64,000 nucleotides of DNA from Macrostomum lignano (Eukaryota), in assembly GCA_002269645.1 (NCBI GenBank), contig NIVC01002036.1, positions 1 through 64,000 on the forward strand, in the 5' to 3' direction. Position 1 is the stretch's first letter. The number at the start of each line of letters is the position of its first letter. The translations under genes and the position numbers were made by a program. The notes beneath the pieces were generated by a model that searched no databases, was not told the origin of the DNA, and saw nothing but the letters and a program-made list of their open reading frames with translations. Positions 49,986 through 61,700 of the stretch are shown here, piece by piece.

Positions 49986-50739
49986 GAAAATTGAAAGGAA
50001 ATGAATTTAAAAGGGAAGTCAGTGGCACGGGCAGAATTGCCCCAGCGCTGGTTGTGTAGCGATGTCGCCAAAGGCCAGGGTGCCCGCAGCCTCCCTGTAA
50101 CTATCACTGACAATGAGCCAGCAGCCACATACCGATAAACCGCGATTCCCATTACCTAAGAAATGATTTTGTTTACTTTGCAGCAACAGATATCTGCTGT
50201 CCGTCAGCTCTGGCGCCGTCTTTCATGCTCGCACGCAGAAACTCGGACTCGGCCAGCCCCCCCCCCACCGCTTCGGGCTGACAGCAGCAGCAGAGCGTGG
50301 GCGAGCCACTGCCGGGGGATCTGGGCAACCACCCCAGTCCCGCCAGCCAACCCCGAACCCGGTGTACGCTCCCTGACCATCGCCAGGGCATTCTAAAGTA
50401 CACCGAGACTGTACTCACTGTGTACACGAAGAGAAGCCCTGTCTCCAGGCAATGGCTCGGCTCTGCACTCCTATCCCAGCAGACCTGTTTCCTTTCCTCT
50501 TCGGTTCAATAATCCCATCCCCACAGCAGGAGGGACGGCCGGCCGGCCGGGCAGAAACCCCGGGGCCGGTCGGAGAGGAGGCACCGCGGAAAGACAGTCG
50601 CCACCTCCCCCCCTCTCTGGCCAGCAATTTTCCTCCCCATTCGCTATAAAGAGTGCGTCCGCACCGCGGGCAGAAATCCCAGTCCAGGATAGCCGGGTAG
50701 AGCACAGTTGCCAGACAGACAGACCTGCAGCGGCTCGGG

Positions 50740-53700
50740 ATGCTCAACAGCGGCGGCGCCGGCGGCGCCAGCGGGGGCGCCGAGCAGGCCGCCATCCACT
50801 TCTACGACGCCATCATCCAGAACGACATGGACGCATTGCGACGCGCCGTCGAGGTGTTCAAAGTCGATCTGAACGCCAAATTCACCCTGGTGAGGAAGCA
50901 GCACCACTTCGACCTGTTCCCCGTGCACCTGGTGGCCTACAAGGGCTACCTGTCCATGCTGCACTACCTGATCCAGACTGGTGTGGCCGTCAACCAGACC
51001 ACGGCGACGCTGCACCGTCACGCGGTGCACTACGCGGCACTGCGGTCCCAGCTGTCCTGCCTGCAGATGCTGGTGAACGCTGGCGGCAAGATCGACGCCA
51101 GAGACACGTTCGGGAACACGCCGCTGCACTACGCTGCCGAGGATGGCAACGTCATTCTCATGTCGCTGCTGCTGCACAACGGGGCTAGCTTGGATGCTCA
51201 GGTGAGAGATCGTGTGAATAGAATGCTGTTCGTGTGACTGTACCGTACACTTTCGTGTGAATAGAATGCTGTTCGTGTGACTGTACCGTACACTTTCGTG
51301 TGAATAGAATGCTGTTCGTGTGACTGTACCGTGCACTATCGTGTGAATAGAATGCTGTTCATGTGACTGTACCGTACATATCAGCCCTTTGCACCTACCG
51401 GCCCGTCATTCGCCCCGCAGGACATCACGAACAAGACGCCGCTGATGAAGGCCACCCGCAACGGCAAGCTGGCGGCCGTGAAGCGGCTCACAGCCGCCGG
51501 TGCCAGCGTCAACCTCAAGGACAAGAACGAAGACACGGCGCTGCACTTTGCCGCCAGGCACGGCTCCGGAGAGATGACCTGCATGCTCATCAGGGTGAGG
51601 GCTGGTGGCTGTGTGAGTGGGTGCTTGGTGCTGTAGGTGGCTGTGTGAGTGGGTGCTTGGTGCTGTAGGTGGCTGTGTGAGTGGGTGCTTGGTGCTGTAG
51701 GTGGCTGTGTGAATGTGTGCTTGGTGCTGTAGGTGGCTGTGTGAATGCGTGTTTGGTGCTGTAGGTGGCTGTGTGAATGCGTGTTTGGTGCTGTAGGTGG
51801 CTGTGTGAATGCGTGTTTGGTGCTGTAGGTGGCTGTGTGAATGCGTGTTTGGTGCTGTAGGTGGCTGTGTGAATGCGTGTTTGGTGCTGTAGGTGGCTGT
51901 GTGAGTGCGTGTTTGGTAGGGGGGGGGGCCGTAGCCCAGCGGTAGCGCAGCTGCTCTGGTGTGCCAGCGACCCAGGCTCGATTCCAAGTGCAGTTACATT
52001 AATTTGGCTCTGAATTGGAATCTCGGCTTGGCTCTGCTCGTGCAATTAACGTCCTTGAGAGCCAACCCCCCAAGGCGCAGTGAAGTGTACATGCCTAACG
52101 ATAATATAAAGTTAGGGCCGCTGTACACTCCTGTGTGAGTGTGTGCCTGCGTACGTATCCGCGCGCTTGTATGCCTGCTCAGGGGAGTCGGTTGAATGGG
52201 CAGCAATGCCTCTCGCCGGTTGTGTGCCAATGTCGCTTAAAGTGCGCCAGGGTGCCCCAACACCCCTGTCTCTAATAAAATAATAAATGCGTGTTTGGTG
52301 CTGTAGGTGGCTGTGTGAATGCGTGCTTGGTGCTGTAGGTGGCTGTGTTAGTTGGTTGTTGGTATTGTTAGTGGCTGTCTGAGTGGGCGGATAGCGAGGT
52401 CACGTGCTGCTGGATTTCCACTGATCCTTAATAACTCCGTTGTGTCATGAAAGTTCATTAAAACCAACATCGACAGTTTAAATCATATCTGCTTACACTG
52501 AGCTCCATTCCTCTGGCCGAGGTGCGCGTCAGCTTTTTCAATGGGTCATAAAATTACCAATGCATGCACAGCTTTAAGTCCGAGATTGGGGACGCGAACT
52601 CTTGGTGAACTAAATGCGGGACAAAAAGTCTTTGATTATTGTGAACATTTTCCGGATTCCGTGCGTTTCAGTGTTTGGTAAAACAGAAAAAGAAAAGCTA
52701 GATAAGGACAGGAAAGGACAGGACAGGATAAGGATAGGACAGGATAGGACAGGACAGGATAAGGATAGGACAGGATAGGACAGGACAGGACAGGACAGGA
52801 CAGGACAGGACAGGACAGGACAGGACAGGACAGGACAGGACAGGATAAGGATTAGGACACGACAGGACAGGATAAAAATAGGACAGGACAGGATAGGACA
52901 GGATAAGACAGGACAGGACAGGACATGATAAGGATAGGACAGGACAGGACAGGATAGGATAAGGATAGGACAGGACAGGACAGGACAGAACACGACAGGA
53001 CAGGACAGGACAGGACAGGACAGGACAGGACAGGACAGGACAGGATAAGGATTAGGACAGGACAGGACAGGATAAGGATTAGGACAGGACAGGACAGGAC
53101 AGGACAGGACAGGACAGGACAGGACAGGACAGGACAGGACAGGACAGGACAGGACAGACAGGACAGGACAGGACAGGACAGGATAGGACAGGATAAGACA
53201 GGGCAGGAACAGGACATAACGGGACAGAACAGGATATAACGGGACAGAACAGGACATAACGGGACAGAACAGGACATAACGGGACAGAACAGGGCATAAC
53301 GGGACAGAACAGGGCATAACGGGACAGAACAGGATGTACAGAACAGGACAGAAAAAGCAGCATTCCAATCCCTCAGGCTGAAGCTCGGGTGGACGCGCAG
53401 AACCAGTGGGGCCTGACGCCCCTGATGGAGGCGGTGTCCTACAACCAGAAGGAGGTGGTGGCAGCGCTCATCAAGCACAGGTGCGACCTGTACAAGCGCG
53501 ACTTTCGCACCGGGGACACGAGTCTGCACATAGCGGTGAAGAAGAACTACACAGACTTGGTGAGCATGCTGCTCAGCGCGGGCAACTGGTACATCCAGTA
53601 CAACTTCAACAACTTCGGCGAGTCATTCGTGCACGACGTCGTGGTGTACAACCGGCTGGACCTGCTGCGCCTGTTCGTCACCTACAACTACAACTTCGAC

Positions 53701-54014
53701 TACCCGGCCAAGAAGACGCCCACCGGAGTGGAGAAGCTGCCGTTCCAGCTGGTGCTGGAGCGCGGCCACCTGGAGATGGCGAAGATTCTGGCCCAGGTGG
53801 GCTGCTATTCCTCATCGCGATTCTGCCAGAGCAGTGTGCGCCGCTGTCCGGAGCTCGAATCCGTGAAATCACTGCGATCCTGGGCGCGGAAGACCATCAG
53901 GGATCAGCTGGGCTTCAGCCCGGGCGGCAAAATCAACAAGCTGCCGGTGCCCACCATGGTGAAGGACTTCCTGCTGCTCAAGGATGTGAAATGGGACACG
54001 AGGCTTCCCCAGCA

Positions 54015-54077
<63 letters not shown>

Positions 54078-54102
54078 CTTGTCAGAAAATATGAGCAGCT
54101 AA
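50740..54102 (+). CDS. Ankyrin repeat and SOCS box (ASB-like) protein; exons 50740-51201, 51421-51594, 53377-54102; ~453 aa
   Basis: Ankyrin repeats (GNTPLHYAA, KTPLMKA, DTALHFAA, GLTPLMEAV, GDTSLHIAV); SOCS box SLRSWARKTIRDQL...INKLPVPTMVKDFLL; Q22 tail; phase-0 GT-AG introns. Confidence 0.9.
51600..52345. repeat. 32-bp intronic minisatellite interrupted by a SINE
   Basis: Unit GTAGGTGGCTGTGTGAATGCGTGTTTGGTGCT; array resumes at ~52287. Confidence 0.9.
51918..52287 (+). mobile_element. tRNA-derived SINE, ~370 bp
   Basis: A box TAGCCCAGCGG, B box GGCTCGATTCC, A-rich tail TAATAAAATAATAA; second copy at 54808-55018. Confidence 0.75.
52705..53352. repeat. (GGACA)n microsatellite grading into a 20-bp unit
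   Basis: Direct inspection. Confidence 0.93.
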
Positions 54103-54712
54103 CGAAGATTGTTTCTGAAACTGACAACATTAGTTAAGGTGTGCGGATTTTAAATGGGCTTATTATTTTGAACGAATTCATGCAACAATATTTTTCAACA
54201 TTTATTTGTCCATCACTTTATGCGGGCTCGGAAAATGTTTTTTTCAAAAGTAGAATTTTGATTCATTTTTTGCATAAACTGTTCCCTTTAATGCTCTGTC
54301 AAATACACTAATTATACCGTATATTTTCTCATTAGGAAGCAGTCGGACACAGCAACTTCTTGTAAAGGTTTCCATTCTTTGCCCTCCTGTGCTTTCTGAT
54401 TCACCGAAAATTCCCGTGTGTTCTGTTACACCTGTCCGAAGTGTAGCCTTACTTAATCCCCCCCGCAGAGGTGAGCCCTTCTTTCGGCACACTGCCAAAC
54501 TACTGCTCTTAACTTCTAGAGATTCTTGTAACAAAAATATTTTACAATTCAAAAACTATGTGAGCCCACATTATTCAGTCATTTGTTACTAATTAAAATC
54601 CATTAATACTTGTTACATCAAACTTCTACGTTGTTTGTTTATCTGGTCTGCCGCACAACGAGTGTGTCAATAATAACAAAAAAGAGACTCTGATTCAAAT
54701 ACACTTTGCTCT

Positions 54713-54746
<34 letters not shown>

Positions 54747-54807
54747 TTTATTACCTGTCAAATCGTTTCGTTTTTTTCGCCTATTTCGATTTCAGTTTAA
54801 CTTCAAA

Positions 54808-55018
54808 ATTCCAAGTGCAGTCGCATTAATTTGGTCCTAAGCTGGAATCTCGGCTTGGCTCTGATCATCCAATTAACGCCGTTGGGGGCCAACAACCCCC
54901 AAGGCAGAGTGAAGTGTACATTGCCTGACGATACATAAAGTGAGGGCCGCTGTACACTCCTGTGTGAGTGTGTGCCAATGCAATACCTCTCGCCGGTTGC
55001 GTGACAATGTGCCCTTAA
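54808..55018 (+). mobile_element. 5'-truncated, internally deleted copy of the same SINE
   Basis: Shares ATTCCAAGTGCAG..GGAATCTCGGCTTGGCTCTG..GGGCCGCTGTACACTCCTGTGTGAGTGTGTGCC..CCTCTCGCCGGTTG with 51981-52240. Confidence 0.8.
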
Positions 55019-55697
55019 CAGGCCCTAACACTGACTTTTAAAAGAAGTTCCTGTTCTGAAATCAAATACAGCCATTTGGCGTTCTCAGTGTGCTTGAAGA
55101 GGAAATTTAGCCATAAAGAGCTTTGAGCAATTAAGCTGAGCTAATGCTGTGGGGCTGCAGCTGTTTATTTTTAGCTCAGCCACCTGCCTCCACACAACAG
55201 CCATATTGTCGTTGTCAGAGACAACTGCGAGAACTGCGAGGAATTGCTCAAAAAAGCCTGGCTAACTCTTCTCAGTAAAACCCCTCGCGGCTGGAGAGGG
55301 GGGGGTAGAGGGGTGTACGGGATCGAGGTACAGCCCCCACCCCCCAACCCTGTGCAGTGCTGAGCGGGCTGGGAGAGGCGCGCTGTCAGCGGCGCTCTCC
55401 GTCCCTGCAGTGCAGCACCGCCCGCCCTGAGTTAATGAGTAAGCAAGGACGGGGCAAGGCGCGACAGAGAGACACGGAGACAAGAGAATAAGAGCCGAGG
55501 AAAGAAAATTTAACGGGAGCAATTTTGCGAAAGCAAGTCAAGACTCTGCGATTAGCCCAAGTAATAGCCCTCATCAAAAAAGCAGGTAAGAAGCTAGCTT
55601 AATTTGTACATTTTTTAGCTGCGTTGCTGGATCGTGCTGTCATGGTCCAGGTGTAACGCTCGAAAGACCGCAGTACCGTAGCAATATCGGTAGGAGC

Positions 55698-56327
55698 CGT
55701 TGGCGTACGCAAGAACTTTTAATTGCAGGGGCCGTAACCCTGTCTCTTGGTGGGCGCCCCTGTCTCTTTATGGGCGCCCCTGTCTCTTTATGGGCGCCCC
55801 TGTCTCTTTATGGGCGCCCCTGTCTCTTTATGGGCGCCCCTGTCTCTTTATGGGCGCCCCTGTCTCTTTATGGGCGCCCCTGTCTCTTTATGGGCGCCCC
55901 TGTCTCTTTATGGGCGCCCCTGTCTCTTTATGGGCGCCCCTGTCTCTTTATGGGCGCCCCTGTCTTATTCTTGGTTAGTTTCTGGATTTGCGCATTTTTA
56001 TAGCGGAGGAGCGCTTGAGGGCCTGGGTTAGGGGACATACGCCAGTGGTAGGGGCCATACGCCAGTGGTAGGGGCCATACGCCAGTGGTAGGGGCCATAC
56101 GCCAGTGGTAGGGGCCATACGCCAGTGGTAGGGGCCATACGCCAGTGGTAGGGGCCATACGCCAGTGGTAGGGGCCATACGCCAGTGGTAGGGGCCATAC
56201 GCCAGTGGTAGGGGCCATACGCCAGTGGTAGGGGCCATACGCCAGTGGTAGGGGCCATACGCCAGTGGTAGGGGCCATACGCCAGTGGTAGGGGCCATAC
56301 GCCAGTGGTAGGGGCCATACGCCAGTG
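55698..56327. mobile_element. Putative hAT-type MITE with internal 20-bp array (55735-55965) and tandemly amplified right end (56036-56335)
   Basis: Left end CGTTGGCGTACG vs right end CATACGCCAGTG (9/12 inverted match); flanking 8-mers GTAGGAGC (55690-97) and GTAGGGGC (56328-35). Confidence 0.5.
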
Positions 56328-56497
56328 GTAGGGGCTAGATTGTGTAAACTATCTATGGCCGTCTGAAAAACACTTCAAGCCTTTTCTTCCCCAGTGGTTT
56401 CAGCATTTTGTTGGCAACTATATATTTTGTAACTGAGCCAGATTTTTTGCTTGCATTTTTTCTCTTCAATTGCTGTCGCTCTAGTAAATCTGAAATC

Positions 56498-57484
56498 ATG
56501 AATTCCAACAAACCGTTACAGCAGAAAGACACGAAGCAGTCAGAAGACCAGCAGAAAAGGAAGCGCAGAGGATCAAGCAAGGAAAGGCGAGAATCGCAGC
56601 TTCAGCGAAGTACCATGTCCAAGTACTGGGTTATTGAGCGCGGCGCTCCGTACTCCACTGAGTACAAGCTGTACTTCTACGGGCCCAACGGGCCAATCTC
56701 GCCCTTTCACGACATCCCGCTGTTCGCCTGCTCAGAGAAGCGTGAGCTCAACATGGTGGTTGAGATTCCTCGCTGGACAAACGCAAAGATGGAGATCAGC
56801 AAGGAGCAGCGGCTGAACCCCATCGTGCAGGACGTGAAGAAGGGCAAACTGCGCTATGTTGACAACGTGTTCCCCCACCACGGCTACATTTGGAACTACG
56901 GCGCCCTGCCGCAGACTTGGGAGGACCCGAACCACACGGACGAGCGGACACAGGCCAAGGGAGACAATGACCCGCTAGACGTGTGCGAGATCGGGCACCG
57001 GGTCCACCCGCGCGGCTCCGTCATTCAGGTGAAGCCGCTGGGAATTTTAGCCATGATCGACGAGGGCGAAACCGACTGGAAGCTGCTGGCCATCGACACC
57101 TCCGATCCGCTGGCCGAGCAGCTCAATGACGTGTCGGACATCGAGACGCACATGCCCGGCTTCCTGGACGCGACGCGCGGCTGGTTTCGCAACTACAAGG
57201 TGCCGCAGGGCAAGCCGCGCAACGAGTTCGCCTTCGACGGCCAGTTCCAGAGCCGCGACTTTGCGCTGAGCATTATTGACGAGACGCACCGCAGCTGGCA
57301 GTCGCTGGTTGGTCACGTGGTCGATCGGAACTCGATCTCGTGCGACAACGTCTCCGTGATCGGTAGCGCGTACAAGATTGATCACTCGGAGGCGCGCGAG
57401 CTGGTGGAGAAGCAGCCGGCCGTGCAGCCGCCCTGCCCCATTCCGCCGGAGGTGAACCAGTGGCACTTCATCCCAGCTGAATGA
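56498..57484 (+). CDS. PPA1: Soluble inorganic pyrophosphatase (family I, eukaryotic), intronless; conserved start likely 56615 (289 aa), upstream in-frame ATG 56498 (328 aa)
   Basis: ISPFHDIPL, NMVVEIPRWTNAKMEI, WNYGALPQTWEDP, GDNDPLDVCEIG, DEGETDWK, WFRNYKVPQGK. Confidence 0.95.
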   Translation: MNSNKPLQQKDTKQSEDQQKRKRRGSSKERRESQLQRSTMSKYWVIERGAPYSTEYKLYFYGPNGPISPFHDIPLFACSEKRELNMVVEIPRWTNAKMEISKEQRLNPIVQDVKKGKLRYVDNVFPHHGYIWNYGALPQTWEDPNHTDERTQAKGDNDPLDVCEIGHRVHPRGSVIQVKPLGILAMIDEGETDWKLLAIDTSDPLAEQLNDVSDIETHMPGFLDATRGWFRNYKVPQGKPRNEFAFDGQFQSRDFALSIIDETHRSWQSLVGHVVDRNSISCDNVSVIGSAYKIDHSEARELVEKQPAVQPPCPIPPEVNQWHFIPAE

Positions 57485-58777
57485 GGTCCAGCATTTTATG
57501 ACTCAATGACGGAAGTGTGGAGTGTAATCAAATATTTCGATAGTCTCAATATTGTTTTCTTGCAACATTCCATGGATGAATTGGAAAAATTGAAGTTTTT
57601 TTCATTGATTTTTTGGCTAAGTGTGCTTCGTAAAGTTCGTAAACTTTGTTTATCCGCTTTGCCCCGCTATTCGTGTTCACTCGCTGCAATCCGATCAGAC
57701 TCTCCGCTACTCGCCCAGTTTAGCAATGTAGGAAAATTAGATGAAGCTTTAAACTTGTCAGTGTGTTAGTTGTTTGGCCTAAATTAAAGAGCTTCTTATT
57801 AGTTACCACCCTGCTCCTATTTTTTCCTCCGCTGGATTGTTCGGTGTCGCGTTTTTGCTTGACTTTCCTTGACACACTAATCGGTTCTGACTTCCAAGGG
57901 TAAAATTTAAACAAACAAATTTATTGATTTGTTTAAATTTGTTTGAATTAGGAATAATTTCTTGTCTCATTTCTTAATTGCCATCGGCGCCGGTTGTCAG
58001 GCCATGTCACCGAAGGATGTCGATTGCTTTGAAAAGATCTTTATTTTTAGTTGAAAATAAATCGATGGGACTTACTGAAAGTAGTATATTGATGCGCTCT
58101 TGCGATGGATAGGCAGACAGAATCAGTAATTTTGCTCACACGGTGACACGCCTACTTGAACCCAATTGTGCAGGCGGTCTGCAGCGCGTTACCCGCTCTG
58201 ACACACTGCATCAGCAGCGCCCAACAAGAGCTGGCGCCCCTGCGCAAGACGCCATTCAACTTTTTTTCAATCTTCATCCAACAAGGCGCCCGATTTCCTG
58301 CTCGGCAGGCGGTCGCCCCATCGCTAATTGTGTCAGTCTTGAGCAGGCATTAAGCCACGGTCGCTTTGTTCGGCCATCCACTTTCACCCTTGGAGAGGTA
58401 ATTTTTCTTACTTTCACTAACCGCTTGTAGACAAGCCGTCCCGCTGCGCGCTGAGACCAATAATGAGAGCCGCGACGCTTCAGTTGAGTCTCTCGCGGCC
58501 ACACACGGCTCAATGAGCAGCATCTCGCTGGTTTAACAATCTCAGCAGCAGCGAGATGGAAAGGAGACATAACTCAGGTCACAGATGGCCGGCTCTATAG
58601 AATATTCTGCCGCGTAGTGTCATTAATAAGAAATTATCTCCCAGTACCCTCAGCAATAACTTGGCTTGTTCAGCTGCAAGTAACGCAGCTAACCAAGACT
58701 TGGCCGGCTGGCCGAGATACTCAGCAGTCAGCATTCAGATTTCCTAAGCCATCGACTGCACTAAAACCGTCAAAGAA

Positions 58778-61700
58778 ATGAAGTCCCGCTCAGTCAGCCT
58801 GATATTTAACAGCGGAACTGGCGACAACAGCAGCGAGACCGGCGACGACGAGAGTCTCTCAGGACGTCCGCCAACCATGGCAGCCGTGGTGACAGCGCCC
58901 CCGAATAGACAGCAGCAGCGTTCCGTGCCGAGAGGCGGCAACCTGCCAGCGAACAGCAGCCTCAGAGGCTGTCAGCAGCGCACTCAGTCAGAGGCTTCGC
59001 TTGTCTCGTTGCCGCGCCTCATCTCGGACGAGGCCGCTGCGGCTGCGGCAGTCGTGACCGGACAGCCAACCGCTTCGTCCAATAACGGAGCCTCCGTCCG
59101 TCGTCTGCTTCACCTACCAGCCGTGGCCAGGGTCTACCAGTCCTTCAAATCGACGTTTGAGTACAAGCAGCTGTTCGGCCAGGCTCCAAGAGTCTACGTG
59201 CCGTTCGTGGAGGCGGCGGTGTTCGAGCCGCGCTACCTGACCCCCGTGGAGAAGCGCGGCCAGCAGTACATCTTTCCCGGATGGTGCTACGGCTGCCGGC
59301 TCTGCCTGGGCTGCCTGCACCTCACGAGGCCACAGTATGCCGTTCTGATCATACAAGCTATAATACCAGCTCGATTGTAAATTTTGTCCCAACGCCTTCC
59401 CTAGGAAATTACTTAACGATCGCTCATTTTTATTAGCGTCTCAGAGTTTGGTAGCTACATCCTTATAAGCATTGTCTCACTCTGCCATGACCCATCTCAT
59501 ATGCACCTTTACTTCTCAATACGCAATTGATAATGATTTGACCTGACACCACAGCCTACACCAGGACAAGGCAGCATCTTCTCGACTGCAGGCTGACAAA
59601 CAGCTGGCCAGCAAAGAGCTGACGGCTTCGGTAGAGCTTCTTCTGAAAGGTGGTCGCCAGCCAACTCTGTCTAGCGAGACGGATGAAAACAGTTGAGTAG
59701 CTGCTTGCGCTGTGACCAGGCTCTGATTCATGCATTCTCAGGGACAAGGTCGGTTTGGACTATAACTCTCCTCTTCATCCGTTCCCGCGCAGTAATCTCG
59801 TTGCCCGATTGGGTGGTCAAGGAGATCGAGGACTACTACACGGAGACGGGAATCACTCGCAAGACAACGCCAACCGATGTCACCCCTGCAAAGAGCGGTC
59901 ATCAGTCGAAGGGCTTCTACATCGGCATGCATCAGCAGAGACTGGACGGTGCCGACAGTCCGCACACGCTTGGCGGCAGCACCCGAGGCGGCCGTTCGCC
60001 ATCAGGAGAGACACCCGGTGCCGGCAGCGGTGGGATCAGCAGTGAGGATGAAGTGCTGAACAACGAAGCGGACGGAGGCGTCATCAAAGTCACCGTCAGT
60101 AGCAGGCATCGGGTTGAGGGCGAGAATGAGGCTGACAGAAGCGATGCGAGCGAAGGCGCGGACGATGGGGATGGTAAGATGCTGGTAGATGACTGCCAAA
60201 TATTCCATGGTGAGGATGACTACAGAATTATCCATCCCATGGTGAGGTGCTGGTGGATGACTGCGGAATATCCGATGGTGAGGTGCTGGTGGATGACTGC
60301 AGAATATCCCATTCCCAGCTAGATGGAGAAGCGTTATCTATGCATGAGAGCTTCCTTTCTGATTTTACTCCATGCAGAAACTTTCACAGAAAGCACACGC
60401 TCACAACTAGCAGTTCGTCACATTTTCAATAATTCCATTGGATTCATGTTTCTCAATTTGAACCCAAGCATCGAGCGAGCAGGAGGACCTTGCCGTCAGC
60501 AGCTACGACAGCCACCGCAGACGGCGCAGCCATCGTCGGCAGCGCAGACTCCGAATCCGAGCTCGAACCCGACTGTCCACCGTCCCGTCGTCGGCCGACG
60601 CTGACGAAGCTGACGATACGGACAGCCAAGGCAGCAGCGACGAGGAGGGCGCCGCAGCGAAAACGGACGGAGACAAGGCTAAAAAGCGAAAAAGAAGATT
60701 GGTCTTGTATAAAGGTTTCAAATCTTTCAAACAGCAAGTTGGTACATTAGAGCTAATTATGGTTGAAAAGCTAGCTGTGTTTGAGCGGAAACATGAAGTT
60801 TCCACACTAAAAAATGGTTGTGTGTTCTATGCAGTTTTTATGGGAGCTAAATATTTCCTGAAAACTACAGTAGCCAACAACAATGCACCGAATATCTGAT
60901 AGGCGACTCCACAAGAAGCCGGATGCCGCATCAACTGCAGTTTGAAAGGCAGCAACAGCAGGCAGGCATTTCAGGCTGGCAACACCAGTTGGAGTTCAAT
61001 AACAATTCATTCGGTAATCTAAGCGTCAGAAGTAAATAAATAGCCATCTAGTGCATTTTCTAAACGCAAGAATCCAGTGAAGGGGCACGCATTTTTTTAT
61101 TTGTTTCAGAATATTAAGCAACCCTACCCAACCCGGAAGGACGCACAGCATGCTTTCCTCCTTTTCAGTTTTTTTCAGTTCCTTTTCTAGCATTTTCTCT
61201 AGAAAAAGTAGAATAACTTTTTTTGGTTTTAAAATACTTGATTAAGAAAATAATTCAAGCCCATTTTTCACTTTTTTAGAGCCACATTTCTTCAAGCCTC
61301 ATCATCGGAAGAAGCTCACGGTGCCTAAAGATCCATTTTCTAAGAACCGCGAGTTTAAAATGGTGCGACAGTCCGTAATAGCGCCGGTGTCGTCGGACAG
61401 AAAGCTTGGCTTCATCGCCATGTCGCGAGAGACGAATAGAAAGGTCGGGGTGACCTTTAATTATCAGCTTCTGTAGTAATATATACCTCATACTTTCTTC
61501 GTAGCACTTTAAAGATGGCTACCTGCCCTCAAAGCCACTGGAAATTTATGTTTTGGTAGGGAGAATCGAAGTGATGTGGTGACAGTGGAAGTATGGGATG
61601 GGAGTTGCGTCCTCCAATAGTGCGAGCACTCAACATGCTGTGCATTGCCCCTCAAAGGCGTATTTCTGCCGTTACTTCTGTTATTTAATGCATTCCAATG

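Noticed and set aside
56408-56497. TTG-initiated extension of the PPase ORF to 358 aa
   Set aside because: Pyrimidine-rich acceptor/UTR sequence; TTG start is not expected in this eukaryote.
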